The notes: generated from the sequence alone by a model not told the origin. A stretch of DNA of 62,740 nt, filler included, from Basidioascus undulatus (GCA_000826855.1; 5 parts of 5 records of this genome joined end to end with filler, not necessarily neighbours in it); one strand, 5' to 3'. Positions 36,792 through 50,183 are shown, numbered from the whole stretch's first letter. A program made the numbers and translations.

Positions 36792-37211
36792 ATGTCTCGT
36801 CCCGTCCACTCTCGAACGGCTGAGGAGATCCTCGTACTGATTGGGCCAGAGCCCGGAAGAGGTCCACGAGTTCCGCGTCCCCGCATGGATCTCGCCGAGC
36901 TTGACGTGTGGACAAGCCCCCTTCGCGCACTCCGTACCGACCCCGCTACCCCGCAGCACGACTGGTCCAAGTTCTGCGCCGACCACCACCTCGCTTTCCA
37001 TCCCACTCCCGACACACTCTCACGCTACATCGCCTGTCGCTGCCGCGATGCGTTCGGCGGCCAAACCGTGGCTGCGCACACATCCACTCTCCGCAGGGCG
37101 TTGCACCCCTACTACCCCGACATCGACCAGGTCTTCATCCACGGCGACGTTCAGATGACCATTAGAGAATCGGAGAACGGGGCGGAGCCTGCGACGCGTA
37201 GATGTGGTTGA
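36792..37211 (+). mobile_element. Truncated tyrosine-recombinase N-terminal (core-binding/SAM-like) fragment resembling DIRS/Ngaro elements
   Basis: WSKFCADHHLAFHPTPDTLSRYIA...TVAAHTSTLRRALHPYYPD...VQMTIRE resembles the W/F-xxFC-xxH...PT-DTLS-Y pattern of basidiomycete YR-element recombinases. The catalytic R-H-R-Y domain is absent. Confidence 0.55.
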
Positions 37212-37546
37212 GCTGCTAGGTTGGAGGTGCATGGCGGACCGGGAGACTGCGAGGACTTTGTGCGTGAAGGCAATGCTAGACTCAAGTTTGTTCGGAGGCA
37301 AACTATCACAGCCCGAGGTACCAGAAGTCCATTAAAAGCGATTTCGGTGGTGCTTTCCTGTGTCACTGTTCGGAACAAATGCTGCTACCGACAACATCAG
37401 TCAAGAAAGCGAGCAAACGCCTGATCAGTGGCTGCTTCAGAGAGGAGCATAGCAAGATCTGGAACCTGGGCCTACAGTTCAAAAAGGAAAGGAAGCTCAG
37501 TAAAGCGTGCAGGTGTAACACATGCAGTGTGTACTCGGCAAAAGTA

Positions 37547-37623
37547 TGACGAGAGTGGGATTCGAACCCACGCCCTTTCGGACCAGATCCTTAGTCTGGC
37601 GCCTTAGACCGCTCGGCCATCTC
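37547..37623 (-). tRNA. tRNA-Leu(AAG), intronless; first 3 nt cut off by the contig end
   Basis: Minus strand reads ...GAGATGGCCGAGCGGTCTAAGGCGCCAGA-CT-AAG-GA-TCTGG-TCCGAAAGGGC-GTGGGTTCGAATCCCAC-TCTCGTC-A, with a long variable arm. Confidence 0.93.
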
Positions 37624-37723
37624 NNNNNNNNNNNNNNNNNNNNNNNNNNNNNNNNNNNNNNNNNNNNTTAATTAATTAANNNNNNNNNNNNNNNNNNNNN
37701 NNNNNNNNNNNNNNNNNNNNNNN
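37624..37723. other. Artificial contig linker
   Basis: N44-TTAATTAATTAA-N44. Confidence 0.98.
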
Positions 37724-39021
37724 TGTGTGAATTCGATACCTATAAATAAATGATTGCCTCAGGAACACGAACTAGTTGCTGGGGACTGATGAGTCGGAGG
37801 ACCTTACCGAGTAGAGAGTGGATGAGGTGTTCGGGGAATCGGCGGCCCCTGTTGTGCCTGAGACTCGCGTCCTCGCCTTCGCACTCGCAGATTATTGGTT
37901 ATGTTTTACAGTATTTTCAGGTCTAATCCCATGACATACAGCCTAACTGATCTATCAACAGTCACCAGTAAGCTGAGCAGGCCTGCCTGCCTGCCTGCAG
38001 CAAACCACTCCATGTTGGTGTCTGGCTCAATTTCACTAATATCTGATACCTGTATCATAGAATTTGAAGTCCGTCAATACTCACACTCTGACATTCCACT
38101 AGCCTGACTGCCCACTGTCAATTCAGTCCTGCAAGTCTTGCATACACGCCTGCAATCTTGCAACTTGCTTGCAGCCCCAAAAGCTTCTGTGCACATACAG
38201 GCACACTCAATGACCGCAATATAGCGAAAAGTTTAGACATGAACATTAGACGCCAAAATCAGCACCAATCGGAGTGATCAAGTTTTGAGTCAGGCAGTGA
38301 AGAGCAGTCCGCATTGGCACACGCTGCCGTCTTTCCTCTCGTCATGAGTCACCGCCTCTATCTGTGTTTCTTTGGTGAAAGTACTGGCGCCCTCAAAACC
38401 AATTCACCTCTACATTTTAGAGTCGTCCTCGCCATGCGCTTGGGGCTTTTCCAGATGTGGCTGTCTTCGTGGCACACGTGGGTTGTGCGTTTCAAACTCC
38501 CATAGCGCTGGGACAAGTCTGGTTCATATCATGTCGCATTATGCATTTCAAATCATCCATCGCTCCCACTCAAATGATTCTTTCTCACTCCATCATGCCC
38601 CGCGAGCGGGCTTCTCAACCTTCCTCCTCCCCCTCACGGCCGGTTGTGGATGCGGAGGTCCTTGTCGGCCCAGACTGCGAAGAAGGTCGAGATCAAAGCC
38701 TTTCAGTTCATAATTCAATAAGGGAGAAGGCGGAGGATGCGGGCTATAACAGCGTGCGAGTGAGTACGTACGCTTATAGCCCATGTAGGCGAAAGCGCCC
38801 ACCACACCCGCTCCGACGGCGGCGAAGAGGGGGACGAGCTCTGCATGAAAGAGACCAGCAAGAGCTTGTTAGTTTCTCCAGTCGAGAGACGTTCGAGCTG
38901 CTTGTCGACGCACCAGCAGGGATCTCGCTCGGCTTGACGCGGAAGATCTGGTGACGTTTCCACCACCGCACATCAGCCACTTCCTCATTACCATTCTCTA
39001 GCAATTAAAAGAGGAGCTCAC

Positions 39022-39264
39022 CAGCTTCGACCTCCCGTCGTCCCTGAGCTTCGGGCCATCGCGCTTCTCCGCGTGCACGTTGCTGGACGCGCCCTCGGGC
39101 CAGCGCATGTGCGTGTCGGGCGGGACGCGCAGGTCCTCCGGGCGCGCGTCAGCAGGGACGCGCTCGGCGGCGCGGTTCAGCACCGCATACGACCGCGCGG
39201 GGGTCGCAGCGAAGGCGGTGGCGGGGCGGGCGAGCGGGCGCAGGGCGAAGGGGGGACGCAGCAT
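39022..39264 (-). CDS. First exon of a hypothetical protein with a mitochondrial presequence-like N-terminus; downstream exons unresolved
   Basis: MLRPPFALRPLARPATAFAATPARSYA is Arg/Ala-rich, acid-free and has an RSY cleavage motif. Codon usage is GC-rich and the exon ends at a GTGAGC donor. Confidence 0.45.
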
Positions 39265-40228
39265 GGTGAGGGTGTATCGTCGTTGATGGGGTGTTGGAGA
39301 GTGTGCGGTGCTCGTTTGGTGAGTGTTATTGGGTAAATAATTGGATTCAAATGGTAGGAGGTCAAGAAGGTAGAAAGGGATACGCTGCAGATATGGGCAG
39401 CGGGCGGACGGCGATGCAGAGTTGAGAAACGAACGTCATTTCTTTGTTAGATACGGGCCAGCTGACTTCACGCACGCAACGTCTGTTTCGTCCCACGCCA
39501 CATCCGTGCACGGAATGAGGCCAATCATTGACAGAAATTGCGTAGGATGATTCGCCCCCTGCAGAAGTGCCGCGAGTGTAGAGGGCAAACCCGATCTGGA
39601 GGCGCAGCGCACGGGTTACAGACGCAGATTTGCTGAAATCAGCGCAGTGGCCTAATACCTGGGGAGCTTTTCACTTGAGTTACAGTTATCGAATACAGAT
39701 TTACGCCGGCATCACAGTTCACAGATGACATTCGCTAGCACGCAGAAGCCAGCGAGACAGTCTCGCTGTGAGATGTCACATCCGCTGTCTAACAGCCGGA
39801 GTGCGTTGTATGCATGTTTCGAAGGACTTCGTCTTTCCAGACTAAGAAACATCCTAAGGGAAGAACAGTGTGACCTCCCAGAGAACTACTAGGCTGAGTG
39901 CTTCTCGGGCTGAATGTTCACCGACAGCAGACACTCGTGCACGATGGGTGCACTCGTTTTCGCACCTCGTCTTTGACTCGCGTGACTGTCTTCACACTCT
40001 CACACTCCAAGAGTTCAGAGACTTTTGTATTGATGTTCGGCTGCCTACAAACGCAAGCATCAGTTTCAACAGCTGACGTAAGCTAGCGTGGCTGGGCAGT
40101 GGCGCTGCGGTTCAACAACAATCATCTTGCTCGCTGCCCCTGACCATCTCATCCCCGCCTTCGCCCCTTCCTTCCGCTTGCTGACCCGCCAACTCGAACC
40201 ATTCGATCAAACCCAGCACACGCTCATC

Positions 40229-41799
40229 ATGGCACCCAGCCATCCTCTTACGCCCGCCTCCGTCCCTTTCGACGTCCTCACCCAGGTCTTTGCCTACCTT
40301 CCCGTCGCTGATCTCCTCTCCTGCGCGCAGACCTGTCGATCGTTCGAGCCGAGCGCCCTACACGCGCTCTATACCGACATTGTCCTCTCTGTTGAGCGCC
40401 CATCGCACGCTGGGGCGCGGGTAACTGCCCTAGCGTGCGCGCTCGAGCAGCGGGCCTCACTCGCCCAGCTCGTCCGCACGCTCTCGCTCCGCGTTCATGG
40501 GACTGATGAGGATCCAAAGCCTTGTCACGACATGATATCGATCCTTCGACGTGCGTTCCGCGTCCGCGAGCTCACGGTCGACTATGAGCCTTCTCGGTAC
40601 GCCAGCCTGAAGCACCGCCCTGGGTGGGATACGATCTTCCATGCGCTCTCCGCTATGCTCGATCTCGCGTTCGGGCGGAGTCGGCTCGTAAGCCTCAGAT
40701 TCAGGGTAGATGGCGTATACGCGCTTTCCAACGGCACCCTGTGGGCGGTCCTTCACCTCCTCGGGCCAGGTGGCCTTCAGCTCTCCACTCCTCGATCGTA
40801 TTCGTTCCCTCTCGCTTCTGCCCAGCTCGAATGCCTGGCCCTCGATGGCGCCCTCTGGAAAACCGATAAGCACCACTACGTTACACTGCAAAGATCTTTG
40901 ACGACGCGGCGAACACGCCCCTCTTCTCTGACCGCCTCAGCGTGCTCGAAATCAAGAGCATCTACTGCGAATCAAAGGCTCTGTCCGCCCTCCTCGCTTG
41001 CTGCCTGAACCTCCGTTCGCTCGTCCTGCAGGTCATCCATCCCCGCCACAATGCCCGTAATGCAATCCGCGCAAGCGAGATCTGGAACCCCACGCCGTAC
41101 CCGGTCCCGTGCATTGAGCTCGCGCCCGACGCGCTGCGCCACCTCGAATCATTCCGCGGCGGCTACCATGACACCAAGGCCGTGCTGGAGTCGATGGTGT
41201 CCGGCTCGGCGCTCGAGCGCCTCACGCTCGTTTCAAGCGGCTGGTCGGACCAGGAATCCTATGCCTTTTTGGAGTGCTTACCGTGCACGCTGCGCGAGCT
41301 TCATATGTACCCTCACACTAACGACTGGTACGGATTCGAGCTTGGCCCGCACTCCTTGGGAATCATCGCCCGGAACTTGGATAGGCTCCACGCGCTCGTC
41401 ACACTCAAGTCCATCTGGGCCGAAGTGCGTGACCTGACGGTGCGTACAGTCTCACGCGCTCACCCCACAATCGAACCTTCCTCACACTCCTCCTCTCCAA
41501 CCCCAGCCCATAGCAGACGCCCTCTTCGCCTCGCCTTCTCTCCGCACGCTCACCTCGGCCGGTGCACCTTCTACCGTCGCGAACCACCACCCCTCAACTC
41601 CGAGATCGCCCTTTTTGGCTCGCGCCTGCCGGGGCTCGAGCGCTTGCGCATCCGCGGCATCCGTTTCTGGGCGTCCATCCTGCGGAGCCGGGACGGGTCG
41701 TATGCGGGCTATGAAGAGGGGCCGATCGAGCGGGAGGGAGAGGAGTGGGAGGATGAACTAGAGGATGAGCTGGGGGAGGAGGAGGAGGAGGAGGATTGA
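40229..41799 (+). CDS. F-box / LRR(RNI)-like protein with an acidic C-terminal tail
   Basis: VPFDVLTQVFAYLPVADLLSCAQTCRSFEPSALHALY (F-box), LxxLxL repeats and a tail EEWEDELEDELGEEEEEED*. The frame change near 40890 is either an unresolved intron or a frameshift. Confidence 0.7.
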
Positions 41800-42611
41800 A
41801 TTTGCAGTGGATCTTACGTTGTGACCTCTATTTATTGGTATTGCCAATGCTGTCAGTCGGCATTGTCTTACACCTCAAGATTTCGACGCTTCGGAAAGCT
41901 TGCAGTCGGTGTGGATATACATACAGTGCAGTGACGACCATGCCTTAGGAAAAAACTTTCTATTGCCATACAGTGCAGAGGGGACAGCTGCAAGAACACA
42001 TGCATGCACGCGTTGTCGACCATTGCAGCGCAGGCTGCCCGTGCTCGCTGTGGTCGGTTCTTCGTGAGCTTGGGAATCATGTTTGGACGGTGGGATTTCG
42101 GTAAACATAAAGCCTCTCATTCTATGAAGGCACGCAAACACATGACCTGGTCATGTGTACCACAATCCTCACAAAGAGTGTTTAATCAGAACACCGTTCA
42201 GTCGAGCCCAGGACGGTGACAACAACCAAGCCCAGTCCCAAGACCTATTAACGAGCAGCAATTTTTGCATGAGTAATATGTTGCTGCAATGTACATCTTT
42301 GAGGTGCAGACCTCGTGAAAACCGCAAAATAACGCTGCACATGAAACTGGACTGTTGAGGCTGCGCTTGGAAGGTGCCGATCGGGACTCGGGGCGCTAAG
42401 CCGATGTCGATCACGAAGACGCGAGATTTCGGGACGACCCCCCGCATCTGCCTCCTGCCATCGTCTTCTCTACTGTGTGATTGCTCAGCTCCAGCTCGCC
42501 AGCGCGGCCGCCCCATTGCGGTCGGTCAATTACCAACGAATACCACCCACATCACCATCGGTTCCCAATTCCTCTCTATCTCCGTCGACGCCGACACCAC
42601 CGCTGCCGACG

Positions 42612-44423
42612 ATGACCTCCCCGACGCGCCACCTGCACGCCCTCCCGCCCGCGTCGCTCTCCCCGCCCGCGCACCCGCTCCCGTCGACCCACTTCCTCTC
42701 CATCCAGCAGCCCTCCGTCACCGCCGTCGCCGCAGAGAACGTTCCGCCCACGTCCACCCTCGCGGGAGCCGACTTTGACGTCGACGTTCGCTCGGGGTTC
42801 TTGCCCCCTGAGGAGCCTTTGCGGAGGCTTGGCGGCGAGTGGGAGGTCTGGGAGAGTGCGCTTGGCGCCGCGATGGAGGGTGCGGTTAGCTTGCATGGCG
42901 TTTCCGGGGACGGGGAGCAGTGGAGGAGGGCTGTTAGAGAGGTGAGTCCTGGATCTTGAGCAGTCTGCATGAGCGGTGGCGGGGAGTACATTGGTCGCGT
43001 GATGCGTCCTCGCCGACGTTGTCACAGCGCCTTCTTGCGCTCCAGTACCTCTCCAGCGACCGCGCCGTCTTCTGTTTTTATTTCCGGCCCTGCATTCCCT
43101 GTGACCCTATCTAGGAGCCCGAGACACTGACGCCTGTCCTCCCTCAACAGATGCCCATCATCCCCACCCCGCCTGCCTCGCACGACATCCGCCCCCTCCG
43201 GCGCGCCTACACGGTGCTTTCCTTCCTCGCACACTTCTACGTGCACTCCTCGCCCGCGTCACCCAGTCCGTCCGAAGACCCCACCGGCGGTCCGGCCGGG
43301 ATCGTCCCGCGCTCGCTTTCCTTGCCGTGGATGGACGCCGCGAGCCGCCTCGGCCTGCCGCCCGTCCTCACCTATGCGGCAACGGTGCTCTGGAACTGGG
43401 CGTATCGGGACCCGGCGAAGGGGTATACTATCGAGTGCGTGGCTCCGGGATTGATTGCGTAGGTGCAGGCAACCTGACGCGCAGACTTGGGTGGACACAG
43501 CAACCTCTACTCGCCCATCACCTTCACACGCACGCCCTCGGAGCAGCACTTTTACCTCACCTCGGCCATAATCGAGTCTCAGGGCGTGCCGGCCCTTCGC
43601 CTGATGTCCGCCTCCATGGACGAAGCCTTCCTGGCCGACCTCTCCCCGTCGATCTCCTTCCCGCGCATCGCCTCGCACCTGCGCGCGCTCGCGTCGCACA
43701 TCGACACGCTCACCGCAACAATGTCGCACATGCGCGACGCGTGCGATCCCCCGACGTTCTACCACCTCATCCGGCCGTGGTTCAACGGGCCGAACGGGGC
43801 CGCGCCCGGGCGCGGGTGGGCGTACGAGGGCGCGGACGCCCCCGGGGTGACGCGTGCGTACGGCGGCCCGAGCGCCGGGCAGAGCTCGCTCGTTCATGCG
43901 CTTGATGCGTTCTTGAGCGTCGACCATGCGCCCCTGGAGGGCGGGGCGGGATACGACGACACGTTTATGCGGAGGATGCAGGCGTACATGCCCGCGCCGC
44001 ATAGGGAGTTCTTGACGCATCTGTTGGAGAACCCTACGCCGATTAAGGGGGTGGTGATGGGCAGCGGGGATGAGGGGCTCAAGATGGCGTATAACGAGAG
44101 CGTCCAGGCTATGAAGCGGTTTAGGGACGAGCACATCCGAATAGCGACGCTTTATGGTGCGTCGTCGTCTCCTCCTTCTCCATCTCCTACCTCTCATTCT
44201 TCTTCCCTCGTCTCCTTCCCTTCCCCTGCTTTACCCCCCTTTGCTGACCTGTTGGGACCCTCCACGCACAGTCGTCACCCAAGCGCGCGCCGCGCACCGC
44301 CAGCCCGCGGGCGACCACATCGGCGAGGTCGAGGCCGAGGTCAAGGGCACGGGCGGGACCGCGCTCGTGCGCTTCCTCAAGATGTGCCGGGACCGAACGA
44401 CAGACGCGCTCGTCCACATCTGA
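42612..44423 (+). CDS. Indoleamine 2,3-dioxygenase (Bna2-like), multi-exon
   Basis: DFDVDVRSGFLPP, LRRAYTVLSFLAHFYVH, LGLPPVLTYAATVLWNW, CDPPTFYHLIRPW, GPSAGQSSLVHALD, MQAYMPAPHREFL, FRDEHIRIATLY (proximal His) and KGTGGT. Confidence 0.95.
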
Positions 44424-44799
44424 TCCCGCCTCTTCTCCCTCCTCCTCCGCCGCCCCTCGTCCCGCTTTGCCCACTTCTTTCTCTGTCCGCCGCATCTTCT
44501 CGCCGCCCCGCTTATACTTTAAGCCTTCATTTTTTTGTTTCTCGTCCCGCATTTTCCCCCGCATGCCTAGAGCGCTCACCCACTTCGATGACGACTTCGC
44601 ACGACCCCGTTATGACCCACCCGCCACCTTTTGCATCTTTTTTCCCCTTTTCTCTTTCGATGAGCTGAGCTCGCAAGTCGCGCGAGCGCTCGTAGTTGTA
44701 CTCCTGTAATTTGGCTAGATCTGTATTGCATTGGCTTGGAGCTTGGAACAGATAACGTCTGCCTCGGAGTTGCCGATAGCGTTTGTCGCTTATGCTATC

Positions 44800-45711
44800 T
44801 CAGCGAGCCATTACAGTAGCGCTTTGGGATACTGACGGACGTGGCGAAGCATAGTTATGTAACATGAATAAATGCGCAATATAACAGCAACGGTCCCACA
44901 AAAAAAGGAAGATGAAGCTCGGAAGGAGTGATAGGCTTCGTCTTGGTCGGGAGATGGTTGACGAGCGTGTACCGTTATTGTCCCTCAGGTAGGGGATGAG
45001 CGTGTCGTTGGGTGTTGTTGTCATCCCCACCACCTGCATGGGGAAGCCAGTCAGCACGAGGTGAAAGAGAAGTCGAGGGATCCCCCGGAGCAGGCTCGGG
45101 AGGGCTGCAACCTGAACGAAGCTCACTGTGAACGTGTCGGAGATCGCAGTGCGCGAGGAGGGGATAATAATGTCAATATTTGCTGCGGAAATATATCCGT
45201 ACAACGCACGCACCTACGGTAAAGTCGTTCGGGGCGAACCTCAGGTGACTGCACGTGCAAGGCGGGGTGGTTCAGAGTAGGGACGTGCTGCATATAATGA
45301 AGAAAAGACACACTAGTACTCTCCAGATGGCCCGAGCTCGGTGGGGATCACAATCGTGGTCGTTCGCCGACACGTTGTAGGTCAAGTTACGCAGCCAGAG
45401 CTGGCGGTCCGCTTCGTTCAGCTCAATCCTCTGGCAGTCGAACCAGAACCTGAATCCCTCACATGAGCCATCTGGTTTTGAGGAAGCGGGGTCAGTCACC
45501 GTACCACGACCGTCGCTGAGAGGGAGAATGCGCACATAATCTCCAGCGTGAAGCGAAACGACGCTTGGCTGAACTCCTCCTCGTCCGGCTCCCTGAAGTC
45601 TGCCGCCCAGCTTATGGTGTAGCTTTGACCAGCAGTCACTGTGTCCGATAAAGTGGGATGAGAGAAGACCTGTGTGAATGCGCCCACTGTCACGGTCAGC
45701 CTCACACCCAC
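44800..45711 (-). CDS. Possible secreted/cell-surface protein (hypothetical, may be degenerate)
   Basis: HPTLSDTVTAGQSYTISWAAD resembles the N-terminus of fungal Kre9/GPI-type Ser-Thr-rich proteins. There are several exon-like blocks and a hydrophobic C-terminus. The start codon was not resolved. Confidence 0.3.
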
Positions 45712-47247
45712 ACCTCGTCACCCCCGCTCGCGTTCCTATAGTATTAAAGACGCACCACGTCCGCATTCGTCGGGGATATCAGGGCCCCAAGTAAAGAGCT
45801 ACGGTGCTCTCGCCGACGCAGGCTCAAGACTGTGATGGCCGAGGCAGCGAAGCGAAAAATGCGAGGGTAAGAGGTGAAGAGGCCTCAGTGAGGACGTGGG
45901 CGATGGTGATGGACAGAGGATGAGCAGGGGAACACAAAGCCACCAAAAGGTCACTGATTTAATGAGCCTAATGAGCCCATATTAGTCACCATACTCTTAC
46001 ATGTACGCCGAGTCTGCGAGGATCCCATTCAGTTGTTCAGAGGACAGTGTCGGACAGGCGCCACAGCGGCTTGACCAAGCTCCTCTGGAATGCTGGTTCG
46101 CGAAGGCCTGCCTCTTGCCGCTGTACCGCCGCCGGCCCTACGATCAATTCTTCTGTCATAACCTTGAAGCAGCGCGTTCTTTTTCAAGAGAAGAACCGCA
46201 CCGATACGTTTCCAGTTCGAACAGTGGCGACCGGACGAGGGGTGCGCATCCGGATCCTGTACTCGCTGTGCGCCTTGTCCCACTTCTTCTTTTAACACCG
46301 TCTGCCCCTCTTAATCGCCTCCCACCTTCGACAAATACCACAGTAATTCTCTACCGACTACCCTCCTTGGCACGTCTGGCCGGTGTGTCTCTCAATGTGT
46401 TTACTCCCGCACGCGCATAGTAACCTGAACGCAAAGTTGCACGAACCGTTACGGCGTCTAGTACGTCACTTGCATCTGACTTCTTTTCATTCTTTATCGT
46501 TCCAATTGCCTGCTTTAACTGATCTGGTCTCGCATACGGCGCGATCGTACGTGGTAGTGTACCTTGCGTGTTGACCTGCCCCGCATTGACTTGGTGCTGG
46601 GCGGCTATCCCTCCTTGAAGAGTATGCGAAACCCGTTGCTACGTCTCTTGGACAAGCCTATAGTTAGACATGAAAGTTTATCCAAACGGGTATGTAGCAC
46701 ACAATGAGGGTGTAGAGAGGGCGATCCCCTTCAACGGGCGACGGGGTGGAGGAGTCTGCCCCGCGGCGGCTTCAACACAGCCTTCCATCCCTCCCCATCG
46801 AATGCCATCAGGAAAGAAAACCCTCCTCCGCGCAACATCCGCTCAACGCCTATTATCGAGGCAGTGCACATTCTCATCTCGGCTCAATAAACGATTCTTC
46901 GACAGTAGACACGCTCAGATGATAGCCGTCCCAAGAGCGCCAAGCCAAAGCTCCGGTCGAACGTGCTCTCGTGCTACGATACCTTTGTTCGATCTCCTAT
47001 CGCTTTGCAACAGTCGGGCACAGCTTTTCTTCCTGAGGCCGTGCGTCTTGCAGAATATCGAGGTGCTAGTGAGCTCTTGAGTGCGGCACGATGCCTCGCC
47101 GAGGCTGGGAGATAGGCTCAGCGTTCCTGTCCCTCGAAGATGTTATGTTGGAAGGGAAGGATATCTTTGGGAGTGTTTCTAACCTTGCCTCATACCAGTT
47201 GAACCTGAGACGACTCTCTTTGGCTGTCTCATCCACACCTCGCAATC

Positions 47248-48537
47248 ATGTCCGGCCTCGCAATCACTGCAGTAAGTCGCCCTCTCGCAGCACCCTGTTG
47301 AGGTGTTGGCTGATCTGACTGCTTTGGATGCGTGTCGCACCTATAGCCTCAATCAGTACGCCCTGGGTGTATGACAAGAGCTCAAATTTTTGGATGCTCA
47401 GAACGCCCTTCTTGACAGGCAACTGAGTGCGACCCGGTGTCCATCTCATGGACTGGCGGTATGCTTTTAAACCGCCTATACAATCCACACCTTGTACCAC
47501 AATGACTTACAAGAACCTCACATGCAGGGACCGCACCTTACGCCCTCGAAATCCTAGACGAAGACGACCGCGAGCGGACGTTCCAGGTCCAGTCAGACAC
47601 GAGTGCGTCCCATCCTCCCGACTCCAATCCTCCCAGCATCCCCACCTCAGCGGCTTACTCCCGTTTCTTCCGCCAAAACAAAGCCTTCAGCTGGACCGCC
47701 GACCTCGAAGCCGACGACGTCTCCGAGCTCCGCTTCCGCATCACAGATAGCACGGGCGCGTCGAGCGTGTCTGCAGAGGTCAACTTCCTCCCCAACGCCA
47801 ATTCCGGCTGCCTCGCTTCAATGTCGTCCGCTTCGGAGATGTCCACTCCGTCTGTCGCTTCTGCGACTTCGGTGGGCAGCGCTTCGGGCACGCTGACGGA
47901 CGCGTCGAGCGCGGCGGGGTGGTCGCCTGCTCCCACAGGGTACGTGCCGTTCTGGTGTTCCGTGCGACCTTTCTGACCGACGAAAACATAAATGCCAACC
48001 TCGAACAGTGAGCCATTGCCCTCGAGCACGCCCGGCGCGACCTCCAGCTCCAGCAGCAGCGGCCTCCCCGGCGGCGCAATCGCAGGCATCGTCGTCGGCA
48101 TCCTCGCAGCGCTGGCGATCCTCGGCCTGGCGTACTGGCTCGGCCGCCGCAGGTGGAAGTGCAAGACCAGAAGTGCATGGACCGAGGAGGAGGGGCTCGA
48201 TAGGGACGTGGACGGCGACGGGTCGAGCATCCGCAGTGGGCCAGCGATGGACGTCAATCCGTTTATGGGGGGCGCGGCAGTGGGGGTGGAGGCTGGTGCA
48301 GCGGTGCGTCCTCCTCTTTCTTTTGGGAGGAAGCAGGCTAAACAAGGTTGCTTTCTTGGCCTGTTGGGGAGTCAGATGCTTCAAGCCCACCCGCAGGCCA
48401 CCAACACCTCGCAGCCGCTTACCGATTCGAAGCGGGCTATCGTGCACAACCCGACCGAGTCCCAGAATGACGAGATGAACTTCCTGAATCCGCACGAGGT
48501 CCGTCCCGATTCTCCAATGCTTTTCCACAGAGCGTGA
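47248..48537 (+). CDS. Ser/Thr-rich single-pass cell-surface protein (Mid2/Wsc-like topology), multi-exon
   Basis: GTAPYALEI..., SWTADL...FRITDSTGAS...SGCL, an S/T-rich stalk, TM segment GGAIAGIVVGILAALAILGLAYWL and stop-transfer GRRRWK. Start position uncertain. Confidence 0.55.
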
Positions 48538-50183
48538 CGCCTAAAGGGAGAAACAGGCCCCACCTGCTTACGAGCCAAAGCTCTGATCGATGATCCTCCG
48601 TGTTGAAATGCAACAACCTGTCATGCCCCTTCTTTAATGTGATGATACCCTGCGCAGATGCTTTGGTGCTCAAGTGTTTTCTTGCAATGTCCATTATTGC
48701 TCAGAGGTCGAACGCGAAGGTGCCACGAAAGCTAGTCCATCCGGTTCATCAGCTCTTTCCGCAGATGGCTGGCTGTCGAGCGCGAATGAGTGGTCAATGC
48801 CAACCCGATCAAAGGCCGTTGTGGACATGCCATGGTTCAAATTTAAAAGAGGGGTTTGGCCGACAAGGTGTCTTTCGCAGAATCGGCGAAGATAACAGTC
48901 TGGCAAGGACTTGACAGAAAGTGAGGGCTGCGCGGCAACACGGTTATACCAGAGCTGTGGGAGGGGGTGAGAAGAATTTCTTAAACGTCCTTGAGAAGCC
49001 CTTCAGAACCACAGCTTCAGAGAGAGGAAGAGGAAAGTTATGGATGCTGATCAGAGGGCGCGAGGGTGCGTTGATTCGCCAGTGATGGTGTACGCGACCT
49101 ACGCATTCCATTTTCACATCAGTGCGTGGGACATCGCAGTAACAAGGTTTGGAAATTACTATTATCCTCATAGTTGACCACTAATTACAGTGCCATGAGG
49201 ATGGCTCAGACCTAAACAGCCTCGGTGCAGTGACACGGGGTAGAGGTGGACGGAGGTACGAGAGGCCGAGCACACGCTGTGTCTTGTTTCTTGGAGGCTT
49301 GGCGCTGCAGCCCAATCGATAGACCCACCTTAGGCCGCAACATTCCTCCAGGAGCTGGAAGGGAACTTTTGCGGGAGGCCCGGATGCATTGGATGGTGGT
49401 GGGCAAGGGAACTCGCTCCAGCCACGATGTGTGGCTCGACTGCCCTCTGTTCTTTCCTTAATCCGTCCCATGTAGACTGTTTTCTATTGTTGGATATTTT
49501 CGATCCGTTATAATTAGTGTTACGATTGACAGAGTGCTCGAGACCGCACCAGGCAAGCTGAAATGTTTGCAGTACGACTGCGCCCTGCGATATTCTTGCC
49601 GACTTCGGGTCATCAACATGCTCAAAGTATACCGCAGGTACCTTCTAGACAATCTCAGTAATCTCTTTCTGGAAAGGTCCGTTGCAAAGCGAGTCGTCAC
49701 GCATGGGCCAGCATGAGCTAAGAAGGGTGACGTCCGCGTTCTGTCGCCCGTTGCTGGGCACACAGCGTTCAACTTTTAAATTTTATGTGCTGTCAGGTGG
49801 ACGGTATCACAGAGATGGATCTGGCACCTGGAGGAACACCGAAGGCGCGAAGGCAATTGTGAAGACTGTGCTAGTAGCTGGCTAGGGGCAGGCTGGATGG
49901 CTGGCAAGCGCACCGTTTCATCCGCGTTCGCCCTCGCCCGACGTTCTGCGCTGAGCGCTGCGGACGTGCAAGTCGTCGTCTTCGCTGCCCTGCGCCTCTT
50001 GCCTCTGACCACAGCCTTCCCCTTGTGGACTGCTGCCACTGCCCCATTCTCCTCATTGCCCTTCCTCCTCCCTCCCCCTGCCCATATTCCCCATCCGGTC
50101 CTAGTCTCCTCGCCGTTCCGACCTTCGTGCTCGCTCGAGAAGTCGATGGCTTCTTGCCAGCTGAAACAGAGGAACTAGTTAGC

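Noticed and set aside
38270..38299. Minus-strand CACTG... start resembling a CACTA-type terminal inverted repeat
   Set aside because: No matching partner repeat or transposase is visible in the contig.
42612..44423. IDO as part of a tryptophan/NAD or secondary-metabolite cluster, or linked to the Trp-like tRNA
   Set aside because: Its neighbours on the contig are unrelated, and the tRNA is on a different contig.
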